A stretch of 64,000 nucleotides of DNA, from NCBI GenBank assembly GCA_903855135.1, contig CAINYB010000007.1, forward strand, positions 8,402 to 72,401, given 5' to 3'. The notes beneath the pieces are model-generated. The model made no database searches and had not been told where the DNA came from. It saw nothing but the letters and a program-made list of their open reading frames with translations. A program made the position numbers and the translations under genes. Of the stretch, positions 19,515-30,314 are shown in pieces. Source of the DNA: an uncultured bacterium. Lineage in GTDB: Bacteria; Patescibacteriota; Patescibacteriia; UBA1558; GWA2-36-10. Positions within the stretch are counted from its first letter, which is position 1. Each line of letters begins with the position of its first letter.

Positions 19515-19832
19515 ATGCAAAAATACATTATCCCTATTTTATTTTTCATTATCATAATCACGTTTATAGTGACTATTACACTTAATGTGCTTTCAATTAA
19601 AGATGCTAACAATTTAAGTGCTGAAGACATAGCGTGCGCGAAGCGTGATACCAATATGATTCTGAATAATCCTATTGAACGATTCTTAATTGTAAAAACT
19701 GTTATAGACAAAAAAGAAAGCGATACTCTTTTCACAAGCTCCTACACAATTGCTGGCATCAAGTATGCAACCGTAGAGCTTGTTTGCAATGAAGGTTCAA
19801 AGGTAACCTGGAGAAGATGGTTCGGAGAATAA
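19515..19832 (+). CDS. Hypothetical membrane-anchored protein
   Basis: N-terminal TM, AT-rich leader. Confidence 0.6.
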   Translation: MQKYIIPILFFIIIITFIVTITLNVLSIKDANNLSAEDIACAKRDTNMILNNPIERFLIVKTVIDKKESDTLFTSSYTIAGIKYATVELVCNEGSKVTWRRWFGE

Positions 19833-19912
19833 TTTTATTTTCCTGCTAAAAGAAAACTATGCACTAAAACCCCGCCGAAGGCGGGGTTTTAAAATATCTT
19901 TGTTTGAAAAAC

Positions 19913-20776
19913 TTATTTTATTTCTTCAAGGGTGCATTCTACATCTTGCCACTCATCAATTGACTCATCGTCTGCATAATAACTAAGAACAACATATTTA
20001 TCACCAATTTTATTAATCATCGATCTCATACTCTTGTAAATATCAGACATTTTATTGCTATCCCAAACACTAATCACCGCTCGATAAGCTTGGCCACCAT
20101 CTTTTTCAATAAAATTTACTACTGAATTTGGCCAACCATAAGTATCTACCGCGGTTTTATATTTAGCTGGATATTGAATTTGAAAACCATATTGCTTATT
20201 TGTATAAGTTTGCCAACCAGCAATTTTTGGTCTTTCACCTACTGCTGTTAAACCAGAAGCGCTCAAAGTTTCACCAATCGAAATAATTTCTTTCATTCTA
20301 GCTGCAATTTCCTTATTAGCTGGAGCAGCTGAACTACTTCCTAATACAAAAATATACTTACTATTTTTTCCTAAAGCCTTTCTAGGCATACCTGGCAAAC
20401 ATAAACTCTGAATTTCATTCCATTGTATTTCGGTAAACATTGAAATAGTAAATAATTTTTTTTGGTCAGGTAAACCAAAAGCGACTGAAGGAACCATCTT
20501 TTCTCCCGTTATTTCACCTCCTCCAGTCCAATCTCTGGTTGATTTATTAGCTACATAATCTTTCCAAGCCTGTGGAAAAGTTAAACTAAAACCATAAGTT
20601 GGGTCTGTATAAACTATTTTTTGAGTTTGTGCATCTACTTGATCATTTTGATCATTATTCTGATTTAGCTCTGGATTTAAATCTGTGTTTAAATCTCTAT
20701 CATTTTGTTTCTGGCTACAAGCAGTTAAAACAAAAACGCTTAACAAAATTGCACCTAAAGCAATAAATTTTTTCAT
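19913..20776 (-). CDS. Lipoprotein with PsbP-like repeats
   Basis: LTAC lipobox; YTDPTYGFSLTFP and YTNKQYGFQIQYP repeats. Confidence 0.75.
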   Translation of the reverse strand: MKKFIALGAILLSVFVLTACSQKQNDRDLNTDLNPELNQNNDQNDQVDAQTQKIVYTDPTYGFSLTFPQAWKDYVANKSTRDWTGGGEITGEKMVPSVAFGLPDQKKLFTISMFTEIQWNEIQSLCLPGMPRKALGKNSKYIFVLGSSSAAPANKEIAARMKEIISIGETLSASGLTAVGERPKIAGWQTYTNKQYGFQIQYPAKYKTAVDTYGWPNSVVNFIEKDGGQAYRAVISVWDSNKMSDIYKSMRSMINKIGDKYVVLSYYADDESIDEWQDVECTLEEIK

Positions 20777-20822
20777 ACTATTTTACTTAAAAAAAATTAA
20801 AACTATTTAAAATATAACACGG

Positions 20823-21668
20823 CTATTCAACTTTTGTTATTTCACAATTTTTTTCACAAATTCTACCTTGTAAATACGGATACTCCACTCGAGCACCGTC
20901 AATATCTAGCTCAACAGTTTGTTTCAAAGTATGGACTTCGGTAACACGACCCATACCTGCACCGGTTTTGATTCTGTCACCGACTTTTGGTAATTTATCT
21001 AAACCATATTTATAAGCCTCCTCTTCATATCTTAAACAACACTTCAAGCGTCCACAAGCGCCAGATAATCTTTCATTACCACGATGCATCAAATCTTGAT
21101 CTTTGATATATTCTGCATTGACGCTACCCAAAACTTTGAGCCAATTTTTGCAACAAAGTGGCAAACCACAAGGACCATAGTCCCCGTCTATTTTGGCTTC
21201 ATCGCGAACACCGATTTGTTGTAAACGAATTTTTTTATGAAAAACTTTGCCTAAATCTTTGACCAAATCTCTAAAATCCACTCGATTGTCAGCCGTAAAA
21301 TAAAAAGTCAAACGTTGGCTATCAAAACTTTCTGCGACATCGACAACTTTTAGTTTTAAACTATATTGTTTAGCTACTTCTTCGATTTGCTTTAAATAAG
21401 TACTATATTGAGAAGACTTTTTGACCATCGCTACTTCATCGTCGGCCGTGGCTGGCCTCAACATAGTTTTGAGATCGGCTGGCAAATCTTTGGACTCCAT
21501 ATCACGTATTGCGATCACTGTGCCTAAATCAAGACCTAATTCTGTTTCTATCAAAACCTTTTCTCCAGCTTTTAAATCTGAAATTTTAAAATCTGGCACT
21601 TGAGAAAACTCTGGTAAAAAGTAATATTCTCGATCGGCTATATGAAATTGAACTTTGGCTATTTTCAT
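20823..21668 (-). CDS. ricT: PSP1/RicT (YaaT) family protein (start refined to ATG 21668)
   Basis: FYFTADNRVDFRDLVK, GPCGLPLCC, SGACGRLKCCLRYE. Confidence 0.9.
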   Translation of the reverse strand: MKIAKVQFHIADREYYFLPEFSQVPDFKISDLKAGEKVLIETELGLDLGTVIAIRDMESKDLPADLKTMLRPATADDEVAMVKKSSQYSTYLKQIEEVAKQYSLKLKVVDVAESFDSQRLTFYFTADNRVDFRDLVKDLGKVFHKKIRLQQIGVRDEAKIDGDYGPCGLPLCCKNWLKVLGSVNAEYIKDQDLMHRGNERLSGACGRLKCCLRYEEEAYKYGLDKLPKVGDRIKTGAGMGRVTEVHTLKQTVELDIDGARVEYPYLQGRICEKNCEITKVE

Positions 21669-21830
21669 AAAAAATTTAACAATTAGTCTGATTATGACAG
21701 TAAAAGTTAAAAAAATCAAGTTAAAAAATACTACATTTTCCTTCCCCGTAGGGGGAGGAAATTAAATATAAAACAAAAATACCCCTGCTCCCCGCTTTCG
21801 CGGGGATGACAAGGGTATTTTAAAATGTTT

Positions 21831-22607
21831 TTATAAACTATAGTAAGCGAATTTTTCTAAACTAGCATTATTTTCTTGAAGCAACTTTTCAATAGATTTT
21901 TTATCATCTTTGATAAAGGCTTGTTTGACTAAACATACTTCAGTATAAAACTTTTCTATTTTACCGATCATGATTTTTTCTAACATCGCTTCTGGTTTTC
22001 CTTCAGCCTTTAATTGCTCGGCATAAATTTCTTTTTCTTTGGCTAAAACTTCTGGCTCTACCTCTTCTGGTTTCAAGTATCTTGGCGCCATAGCGGCAAT
22101 ATGCATCGCCACATCATTAGCTAAATTTTGATCGCCGCCTTTTAATAAGGCTACACCAACTACTTTTTTATTGGAGTGCAAATAGCTACCGATGTTTTCG
22201 CCTGTAAAAATAGCATATCTGCCTAAAACTAAATTTTCACCAATTTTGACAATCAACTGATTAGTAATTTCATTGTTAGCCCAAGTAGCAAATTCTGTTT
22301 CTCCTAATTCTAATAATTTTTTAGCAAAATCATTAACAGCTTGAATAAAGTCTGGATTACGACCAACAAAATCAGTTTCACAGTTAAGCTCTACGACAGC
22401 TAATTTATCATCAGCTTTAGCAATAGCCATCACCCCTTCTTTGACGACACGATCAGCCTTTTTAGCAGCTGTCTTTGCACCAGCTTTACGTAAAATTTCA
22501 ATCGCTAAAGTTTCATCACCGTTAGCTTCAGTCAAAGCTTTATTGACATCCACCATGCCGGATCCGGTTATTTGTCTAATTTTTTTTACTAATTCTAAAT
22601 TTGACAT
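21831..22607 (-). CDS. tsf: Elongation factor Ts
   Basis: ELNCETDFV motif, downstream of rpsB. Confidence 0.97.
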   Translation of the reverse strand: MSNLELVKKIRQITGSGMVDVNKALTEANGDETLAIEILRKAGAKTAAKKADRVVKEGVMAIAKADDKLAVVELNCETDFVGRNPDFIQAVNDFAKKLLELGETEFATWANNEITNQLIVKIGENLVLGRYAIFTGENIGSYLHSNKKVVGVALLKGGDQNLANDVAMHIAAMAPRYLKPEEVEPEVLAKEKEIYAEQLKAEGKPEAMLEKIMIGKIEKFYTEVCLVKQAFIKDDKKSIEKLLQENNASLEKFAYYSL

Positions 22608-22639
22608 ATTTTTGTTTGTTTAATTTCATAATTCACTTT

Positions 22640-22723
22640 GTCACTCTGTCTTCGACTCCGAGATCGCTCAGACTCGAGAAGAATTTATTTCAGGGTCTGA
22701 TTCTGAAACAAGTTCAGAATGAC
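22640..22723. repeat. Composite inverted REP doublet (GTCAC...GAATGAC) with nested hairpin
   Basis: Near-identical to 57090-57174; arms match the palindromes flanking the GIY-YIG gene. Confidence 0.9.
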
Positions 22724-22726
22724 TTT

Positions 22727-23410
22727 TTATTTTTTGACAGTTTTGACTGCTTCGGCTACCAAGTTGCTGATGACTTCGATAGATTTTACCGCATCATCAT
22801 TAGCTGGGATAGCATATTGGACGAGTTCTGGATTGACATTGGTATCAGTCAAAGCAATGATTGGGATATGCATCTTGTTAGCTTCAGCGACCGCTGTTTT
22901 TTCTTTTTTGATATCGACTACAAAGATAGCTTGTGGTAAACGCTTCATCATCTTGATACCGCCGACTGTGTCTTGCAATTTATCTAATTGCTTAGACATG
23001 GTCACTTGTTCTTTTTTGATGTAGCGATCCCAAGTACCATCTTCTCTACCTTTTTCTAAAGACTCTAATTTTCTGGTCAAACTAACGATGTTATCAAAAT
23101 TGGTAAAAGTACCACCTAGCCAACGTCCGATAATATATGGCATTTGGCAAGAATCAGCAGCCGCTTTCACTACTTCTTTGGCTTGTTTTTTAGAGCCAAT
23201 GAATAAAATCATACCACCCTTCTCTACTGTCTTAGTGACAAAATTTAAAGCTTCGTCTAACTTTTCCACAGTTTTCTCTAAATCAATGACATGAACGCCA
23301 TTTCTTTTAGAAAAAATAAAAGGGATCATCTTTGGATGTCTCTTAGAGGTCTTGTGACCAAAATGTACGCCTTTCTTCAAAAGCTCTTCTAAACTTGGTA
23401 AATTTGACAT
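22727..23410 (-). CDS. rpsB: 30S ribosomal protein S2
   Basis: GVHFGH, RWLGGTFTN, PANDDA. Confidence 0.98.
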   Translation of the reverse strand: MSNLPSLEELLKKGVHFGHKTSKRHPKMIPFIFSKRNGVHVIDLEKTVEKLDEALNFVTKTVEKGGMILFIGSKKQAKEVVKAAADSCQMPYIIGRWLGGTFTNFDNIVSLTRKLESLEKGREDGTWDRYIKKEQVTMSKQLDKLQDTVGGIKMMKRLPQAIFVVDIKKEKTAVAEANKMHIPIIALTDTNVNPELVQYAIPANDDAVKSIEVISNLVAEAVKTVKK

Positions 23411-23672
23411 ATTGTTTCCTTTCTTTTTCCCCTCCCCGCGTAGGCGGGGATCCGGGAAATACCCGCATTTTCGCTTATTTAGCCTATCCGGCGTATGTCG
23501 GACAAGGAGGCTAAAAGACTAGAAAATGCTTGTGATTATTGATTAATTTAATAAAGTAGCCATAATTTAACATAAAATTTCAAAAAAAGCAAGACTTTGC
23601 TAAAATACAGGCTATATTGACTTCTGTGAAAAATAATGCTATTGTAGGCAAGCATTTATAAAAAATTATTCT

Positions 23673-23987
23673 ATGAAAAAAGATATCCATCCAAAGTATT
23701 ATAAAGACGCCAAGATCATTTGTGTTTGTGGCAATGTTTTAACTGTTGGTTCAACCCAAGCAGAAACGCATACAGAAATCTGTTCTGCTTGCCACCCTTT
23801 TTATACTGGTAAAGAAAAACTAGTTGACACTGCTGGCCGTGTTGATCGCTTTAAGAAAAAGCAAGAATTACAAACCAAAACTAGCGCTATCCGTAAAGGT
23901 AAGGCTGATAAGAAAAAACGTGCTGTGGTACGTAAGGTAGAAAAAGAAAAAGCCAAAATTAAAGCCGAATTAAAAGCTAATAAATAG
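23673..23987 (+). CDS. rpmE: 50S ribosomal protein L31 (zinc-binding type, Lys-rich tail)
   Basis: [25 protein letters not shown]. Confidence 0.97.
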   Translation: MKKDIHPKYYKDAKIICVCGNVLTVGSTQAETHTEICSACHPFYTGKEKLVDTAGRVDRFKKKQELQTKTSAIRKGKADKKKRAVVRKVEKEKAKIKAELKANK

Positions 23988-24206
23988 CTATTCTTAAATA
24001 ACAAAAAATCCTAACCAAAATATATCTTCTTTTTTCTTCCCGCGTCGCGGGAAGAAATATAGACAGATTAAAAAGGTAGGATTTTTTGTTTAGCTGAAAT
24101 TTTGCTATACTTGAAGTGATTATTGAACTTCCGCTTACGCGGGAATAGTAAATAAAAATATATGACCCTCCTCCACCGCTAGGCGGAGGAAGATAAAATA
24201 AATTTT

Positions 24207-25256
24207 ATGGAAAATGAACTAGAACAATTAAAAGTCAAAGTAGCCGAGTTAGAAAACGAAATGCAAAAAAGCGAAATAGTTTCTGACTCCAAAAAAATGT
24301 CTGTTTTGGCAAAAGAATATACTACTCAAAAAAACTTATTGACCGCCAAAGAAAATATTTTGCGTTTACAAAATGAATTAGCTGAGGCCAATGACTTATT
24401 GAACAAAGAAAAAGATGTTGCTATGCTCGAAATGACAGAGCTGGAAATTTTTAGTTTAAACGAAAAGTTGAAAGAGGAAGAAGAAAAACTCGCTGACCTT
24501 TTGCATCCGCAAGATCCAAATGATCACAAAAATATTATCATCGAAATCCGCGCTGGTACTGGTGGTGATGAATCTGGTTTATTTGCCGCTGATTTATTTC
24601 GGATGTACTCAAGATTTGCAGAAAAATTAAATTTTAAAATAAAAATCCTCTCCCAAAGTCGGACTGAGCTTGGTGGACTAAAAGAAATCGTAGCCGAAAT
24701 CAATGGCGAAAATGTTTATAAAATTTTTAAATTTGAAAGTGGCGTGCACCGTGTCCAGCGTGTACCAGAGACAGAAAAAGCTGGTCGCGTCCACACTTCC
24801 GCTGCGACAGTGGCTGTCTTGCCAGAAGCTGAAGAAATCGATTTAGTGATCGAGCCAAAAGACTTACGCATCGATACTTTCATGGCTTCAGGCAATGGTG
24901 GTCAGTCAGTCAATACCACTTATTCAGCCGTACGCATCACTCATCTACCTACTAATACCGTGGTCAGTTGCCAAGATGAAAAATCCCAAACCCAAAATCG
25001 CTTAAAAGCCATGCAGATTTTACGCTCCCGTATTTTAGCTGAATTAGAAGCCAAAAAACAAGCAGCCGAATCAGCTACTAGAAAAAGTCAAATCGGCTCA
25101 GGCGATAGAAGTGAAAAAATCAGAACTTATAATTTTCCTCAAGATAGGCTGACTGATCATCGTATCAAATTGACTGTTCATAATTTGAGCCAAATCATGG
25201 AGGGTGAACTAATGCCCATCATCAAAGCTTTACAAATCGCTGAACGTCAAGCATGA
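24207..25256 (+). CDS. prfA: Peptide chain release factor 1
   Basis: PET (PxT) motif, [12 protein letters not shown]. Confidence 0.97.
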   Translation: MENELEQLKVKVAELENEMQKSEIVSDSKKMSVLAKEYTTQKNLLTAKENILRLQNELAEANDLLNKEKDVAMLEMTELEIFSLNEKLKEEEEKLADLLHPQDPNDHKNIIIEIRAGTGGDESGLFAADLFRMYSRFAEKLNFKIKILSQSRTELGGLKEIVAEINGENVYKIFKFESGVHRVQRVPETEKAGRVHTSAATVAVLPEAEEIDLVIEPKDLRIDTFMASGNGGQSVNTTYSAVRITHLPTNTVVSCQDEKSQTQNRLKAMQILRSRILAELEAKKQAAESATRKSQIGSGDRSEKIRTYNFPQDRLTDHRIKLTVHNLSQIMEGELMPIIKALQIAERQA

Positions 25257-26086
25257 CTTTAAAAGAATTACAACAAAATACTTACGCTAAAAATATTATC
25301 GACTCTACTGAAGTCGATAGTGTTTTAAGTATCGCTTTACACAAAAATTTAGAATATCTCTATAAACATCCTGATAAAAAAATCAGTTTAGGCACACAAA
25401 AAAAATTTGCTAAACTGATTAAATTACGTTTGCAAAATTGGCCCGTAGCCTATTTACGAAAAAATAAAGATTTTTTTGGTTTAAATTTTATCGTCAATAA
25501 ACACACTCTTATCCCCCGTCCAGATAGCGAGCTTTTAGTCGAAGAAGCTTTGAAATTCTTGAATAACTCCGCCCTTCGGGCGGAGTTAGAATCTACGAAA
25601 ATATTAGATATGGGTACCGGCTCTGGCTGTTTGATTATTAGCTTAGCCAAAAATAGTCAGGCTAAATTTTTTGCCAGTGATATTAAAAAGGCTGCTTTAA
25701 AAGTAGCTAGACTGAATGCCAGAAAGCACCAAGTAAAAATAACTTTTTATTTAAGTAATTTATTTAAAAAAATACCGGAGCAAAAATTTACTTTAATTTT
25801 AGCTAATTTACCTTATTTAAATAAAGACCAAATGCGCGAGCCAAGCATTAGTCGCGAACCAAAATCTGCTTTGTTTAGTCAAAACAATGGCTTAAAACAT
25901 TATGAAAAATTTTTACAACAAGTAAAAAATTATTTAGCCGAAAAATATTTAATTTTATTAGAAATTGACCCTCAACAAAGTGAAGCTATAAAAACTTTAA
26001 GCAAAAAATATCTACCTGAAAGCCAAGTAGATATTTTGCCAGATATAAATAAGCTTGACCGCGTCGTCAAAATTTCACTTGGCTAA
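25253..26086 (+). CDS. prmC: Release factor glutamine methyltransferase
   Basis: [19 protein letters not shown]; follows prfA. Confidence 0.95.
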   Translation: MTLKELQQNTYAKNIIDSTEVDSVLSIALHKNLEYLYKHPDKKISLGTQKKFAKLIKLRLQNWPVAYLRKNKDFFGLNFIVNKHTLIPRPDSELLVEEALKFLNNSALRAELESTKILDMGTGSGCLIISLAKNSQAKFFASDIKKAALKVARLNARKHQVKITFYLSNLFKKIPEQKFTLILANLPYLNKDQMREPSISREPKSALFSQNNGLKHYEKFLQQVKNYLAEKYLILLEIDPQQSEAIKTLSKKYLPESQVDILPDINKLDRVVKISLG

Positions 26087-27098
26087 TATCCTCGACAATT
26101 TCCACCCAAGTCGTACCCGCTAATAGCTCTAATGGCTTATTATTAGCGTCAAAAAACTGGGTACGGCCATCAACTAGTTTCCACTTACCCTCTTGGACGC
26201 CAATTTTATTAAACACTAAAGCTTTGCCACCGCTCTTTAAGTCAATCGCGCGACGCTCTTTGTCGATCAAGGAATGCTTAGCTACTTGGATGATGACATT
26301 GGTGGCTCGTACCGTAGCGTTTTGATCAGTCAATTTTTTTACCCCATCCTGCCAACGTTGATAAACATTGGCGTCATAATCATAGCGCCAATCCACTTGA
26401 TAATGCTCACTAGAAAAATCTACGGTGATTTGTGCCTTAGCGGTCCCGAAAATAGTGGCTTTTACAAAATTCCAGGCTTGAAAATCTGTTTTTAAATTTG
26501 CCACTTCTTTTTTCTCGGCTAGCTTCAAAATATTTTCTTCACTAGTAAAAACATTATGTGGCTCGTCATATTCTTCATCACGCCAAAAATATTTACCATT
26601 CGCACTCATTTCATCTAAAGCAAAAAAATCATAGTCTGCTATTTTAGCTAAGGCTTGTGGACTACCACCAACGTGAGCAAACACACCTCCGTACTCTTGA
26701 GCTAAATCTAAAAAATATTCTCGAGCTGAACGCACCGGTCCGATGCGCTCTACTTTGATATCACTACTAAAAACTGCTAGCAAACGAGTGATATTACTTT
26801 CGGCCAGTGCTTCATAGACTACGCTCGCTTGATTTAAACCAGACTGTGAATCTAAGTCATACCCATTATCTATCATCGCACTAAAAGCCAAAAAATTATT
26901 AGTAGCCTTTTGATCAGCTAAAAGCTGGCCATTTAAAACTTGGGGATAAAGCAGCTTCTCTACTGGCACGGGCTCTGTATTTTGTACTGTAATTTTTTGG
27001 GGCCAAAAATATTTGGCTAATAATGCAATCAATAAAATAACGACCAAAAAAAAGGCCGCTATTAAAAAAATTTCTTTATTTAATTTTTTTGTTTTCAT
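26067..27098 (-). CDS. DUF3048-domain protein
   Basis: QSGLNQASVVYE, ITRLLA, GPVRSAR, HVGGS, PHNVF. Confidence 0.85.
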   Translation of the reverse strand: MKTKKLNKEIFLIAAFFLVVILLIALLAKYFWPQKITVQNTEPVPVEKLLYPQVLNGQLLADQKATNNFLAFSAMIDNGYDLDSQSGLNQASVVYEALAESNITRLLAVFSSDIKVERIGPVRSAREYFLDLAQEYGGVFAHVGGSPQALAKIADYDFFALDEMSANGKYFWRDEEYDEPHNVFTSEENILKLAEKKEVANLKTDFQAWNFVKATIFGTAKAQITVDFSSEHYQVDWRYDYDANVYQRWQDGVKKLTDQNATVRATNVIIQVAKHSLIDKERRAIDLKSGGKALVFNKIGVQEGKWKLVDGRTQFFDANNKPLELLAGTTWVEIVEDISQVKF

Positions 27099-27120
27099 TT
27101 TAAAAAGCTAAAAAGCGAAC

Positions 27121-27777
27121 TTATTTTTTGGCTTTCTTTTCTGGAGCTTTCTTTTCAGCAGCAGCTGGAGTAGCAGCAGCTGGAGTAGCAGCAGTAGCTG
27201 TAGCTTCAGGACCACGCATTTTCTTTGGTAGAGCGACAGAGACTACTGGATCAGTAGCATTAGTTAAAATTTTCACATCTTTAGAAACTGGAATATCTTT
27301 GACCAAAATGGTTTTACCCATTTCATCTAATAAGGCTAAATCAATCTCTAAAACACTTGGTAAATCTTTTGGTAAACACTTGACTTTAACTTGAGTGTTT
27401 TTAGTTTCAAGTCTGCCACCTTGTTCTTTAACAGCCTTAGAAACACCAACAAAAGTCAAAGGCACGATAGTGGTGACTGGAGATTTTTCATCAATTGCCC
27501 AAAAATCAATATGAATCAAACGATCAGTGACTGGATCTTGTTGCCAGGATCTAGCTAGAACTTTAGTAGCTTTGCCATCGACATCTAAAACAATCAAATG
27601 ACTAGTACCAGCTTTAATCAAAACCTTTAAAAGTTCGTTGTAATCAATGGCAACGTTTTGGTTTTCGAAATTATTACCATAAATAACACCAGGCACTTGG
27701 GAAGCTGTTCTTAAATCAGCTAATTGACTATGGCTCTCGTTTTTACGAGTAATGGCTTTTAGTGAAAATTCGGACAT
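27121..27777 (-). CDS. rplY: 50S ribosomal protein L25/general stress protein Ctc
   Basis: VPGVIYG, HIDF, Ala/Lys-rich tail. Confidence 0.93.
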   Translation of the reverse strand: MSEFSLKAITRKNESHSQLADLRTASQVPGVIYGNNFENQNVAIDYNELLKVLIKAGTSHLIVLDVDGKATKVLARSWQQDPVTDRLIHIDFWAIDEKSPVTTIVPLTFVGVSKAVKEQGGRLETKNTQVKVKCLPKDLPSVLEIDLALLDEMGKTILVKDIPVSKDVKILTNATDPVVSVALPKKMRGPEATATAATPAAATPAAAEKKAPEKKAKK

Positions 27778-27860
27778 ATTTTTGTTCGCTCCGGCGGATG
27801 CCGGATAAATATTTAATCTATAATGAAGTGGCTATATTTAAGCACAAATAAAAACTGTTG

Positions 27861-28952
27861 TCAACTAGACCGGACTTTGATATTCTCGGCTATTCCCAAG
27901 GCGATCATAATCGCCCATAAGCTACTACCACCAGCCGAAAGCAAGGGCAAAGGAATACCGGTCACCGGGGAAATGCCCATGTTCATGCCAATGTTGATAA
28001 ACATTTGTACCAAAATCATACCTACAAAGCCTAAAATCAAATAGGCGGCAAAATTATCTTGAGCTCTGCGCATGATCAAAATCAAACGGTAAAAAATAAA
28101 ACCAAATAAAGCCAAGACAAAAGCCACTCCCACAAAACCCAACTCTTCAGCAATGACTGCAAAAATAAAATCAGTGCCCGGCTCTGGCAAAAAGTTTAAA
28201 CTACTCTGCGAGCCAAGGGCTAATCCCCGACCAAAAAACTGACCAGAACCAACCGCTACCATGGATTGGATAACATTATAGCCCGAGCCAGATGGATCTA
28301 AGCTAGGATTAATAAAAGTCAAAATTCTATTTTTTTGATAATCTTTTAAGACAAAGAGCCAAGCACCAGCCACCGTCACTAAAAAAATACTTAATAAAAT
28401 CAAAAAATGTTTTTTAGTAATGCCAGTAAATAGCAACATCACTGCCCAGGTGCCAAGCAAAACTAGTGAAGAACCTAAGTCTGGCTGTAACATGATCAAA
28501 GCCACGAAAAATAAAGTAGCCAAGCCCGACCAGAAAATATGCCGAAACATTTTAAACTCATTGGCATAAGTCGAAAAATAGCGGGCTAAAAAAAAGACCA
28601 AAGCTATTTTAGCAAACTCCACTGGCTGTAAACTCAAAGGTCCTAGACGCAACCAACCAGTCGTACCTTTGATTTGCGAGCCTAAAAATAAAACCAGTAC
28701 TAAAACACCAGTAAAAAAAATATAAACCACTTTAGAGTAAGTGGACCAAAAACTATAATTAATATTGGCAAACAAAAAAAACAAACCCAAGCCTGATAAA
28801 GCAAAAAAGATTTGTTTTTTAAAAGTAAGAAAATCGCTATCAACGATATTTAAATTTAAACTATACAAAATACTAGCGCTGATAAACAGCAAAAATAAAA
28901 TCGCTAAAAATAAAAGCCAATCCAAACGACGTAAAGTGGCTAAATCTCTCAT
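27861..28952 (-). CDS. rodA: Rod shape-determining SEDS protein RodA
   Basis: QPVEFAK, QPDLG, TDFIF, PVTGIPLPLLSAGGSS. Confidence 0.92.
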   Translation of the reverse strand: MRDLATLRRLDWLLFLAILFLLFISASILYSLNLNIVDSDFLTFKKQIFFALSGLGLFFLFANINYSFWSTYSKVVYIFFTGVLVLVLFLGSQIKGTTGWLRLGPLSLQPVEFAKIALVFFLARYFSTYANEFKMFRHIFWSGLATLFFVALIMLQPDLGSSLVLLGTWAVMLLFTGITKKHFLILLSIFLVTVAGAWLFVLKDYQKNRILTFINPSLDPSGSGYNVIQSMVAVGSGQFFGRGLALGSQSSLNFLPEPGTDFIFAVIAEELGFVGVAFVLALFGFIFYRLILIMRRAQDNFAAYLILGFVGMILVQMFINIGMNMGISPVTGIPLPLLSAGGSSLWAIMIALGIAENIKVRSS

Positions 28953-29839
28953 AAATTTACCCTATCTTCTATGGTTTTATTATCTTGATTTTTATTTTTT
29001 ATATTATTTTTGTCTTTTATATTAAGCTGTGGCGTGACCACTACTTTGGTAATGCGTGGTAAATCATAAAGCCATACTACTTCTAAATCTTTAGTTTCTA
29101 AAGATTTAAAATCTTCAACTAATAATTCACTGACCCCCACTAGACGATCTTGATTATATACTGCTATTTGCCAAGGCACCTCCCAAAAATCAAATAAAGA
29201 GTTATTAGTCGCTTGCCAAACAACGCGGGCTGGTAAATCAATTTTTTTATCATCAACTACTTGAGTATTTGGTCCCAAATATTGTGCATCCGTTGAACTA
29301 AAAACATTAAAATCTGTCTCAGCTACTCTTTGCCAGGTGGTATCTAAAATCTCTATTTGCACCGACTGAATACTAGTTTTAGCCTGATAAGCTAGCTGCA
29401 GTAAAAATTTTTGATTTGCGGGCAAAACAAAAGTTTCTTTATTGGCTTGCGCTTGACCATTAACTACAAAGCGATAAGTTAATTTAGTGACTAACCAATC
29501 AGTATTGGAATTTTCCACCGCCGCCACTAAATTATACAAGGACCCATTGGTGGCCAATGCTTGGGCACTGCTAATTTTTAAAGCTTTAGCTACGCGAGTT
29601 TGATGATATTGCGCCCAATTAAACTGTTGACTATTTAATTGCTGAGCATAAGTCTCCCAAGGGCCACCCTGAAAATATCTCACATAAGCAAAAGTCAACC
29701 AAGTATATAGACTTAATAAACTTAAAATTAAAAAAACCAAAAAGATTTTATTAATCAATTCTTTATGCTGCAACCACCAATAGCCCCGCTCTAAATCTTG
29801 GTTGCTTAAATCGGTAAAATTTTCTTCACTTTTAGCCAT
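28949..29839 (-). CDS. Hypothetical membrane-anchored protein
   Basis: Single N-terminal TM, overlaps the rodA start. Confidence 0.7.
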   Translation of the reverse strand: MAKSEENFTDLSNQDLERGYWWLQHKELINKIFLVFLILSLLSLYTWLTFAYVRYFQGGPWETYAQQLNSQQFNWAQYHQTRVAKALKISSAQALATNGSLYNLVAAVENSNTDWLVTKLTYRFVVNGQAQANKETFVLPANQKFLLQLAYQAKTSIQSVQIEILDTTWQRVAETDFNVFSSTDAQYLGPNTQVVDDKKIDLPARVVWQATNNSLFDFWEVPWQIAVYNQDRLVGVSELLVEDFKSLETKDLEVVWLYDLPRITKVVVTPQLNIKDKNNIKNKNQDNKTIEDRVNL

Positions 29840-29950
29840 AGTATTTATTAGCTTTATTATAGCTTAAATTTCTTGATTTGACAAAAAGCTACTTTTATGC
29901 TAATATATCAATGAATTTAAGGTACGTTTAACTAAATAAGGAGGAAGCTA

Positions 29951-30124
29951 ATGACAAAATCATTAAGCAACAATCGCAACGATCAAAGGAGAACTGATGA
30001 GCAGACATTGAAAGACTTGGTGCTTTTATATAAACAAAGCACTGACCCGACCTCGCGTTTACAATACGCAACCATCATTAAGCGCTATCGCACAGTGTTA
30101 GCCAGCTACTCTCACGGCAATTAA
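29951..30124 (+). CDS. Unannotated 57-aa small protein (MTKSLSNNRNDQRRTDEQTLKDLVLLYKQ...)
   Basis: TTGACA-17-TAATAT promoter, AAGGAGG RBS, downstream hairpin plus T-tract. Confidence 0.65.
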   Translation: MTKSLSNNRNDQRRTDEQTLKDLVLLYKQSTDPTSRLQYATIIKRYRTVLASYSHGN

Positions 30125-30314
30125 TAGCCGAACGTTTCGATCATGGGGATTCGTACTTGTACGGTCCCTTTTTCTTTTGTAAAAAATCTGACTGTGCTAT
30201 AATACAAGCATCAATATTTAGAATCTCATATGCGAAGTTTAATCCCCGCGTACGCGGGGATTCTAACGGATAAGTATATTGAGTTCAAAAAAATAAATTA
30301 AAATAAAAAATAAA

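Noticed and set aside
24207-25256. Alternative genetic code (TGA=Gly, as in Gracilibacteria/Absconditabacteria)
   Set aside because: Genes such as prfA and prmC end in TGA at expected lengths, and long ORFs are intact under code 11.
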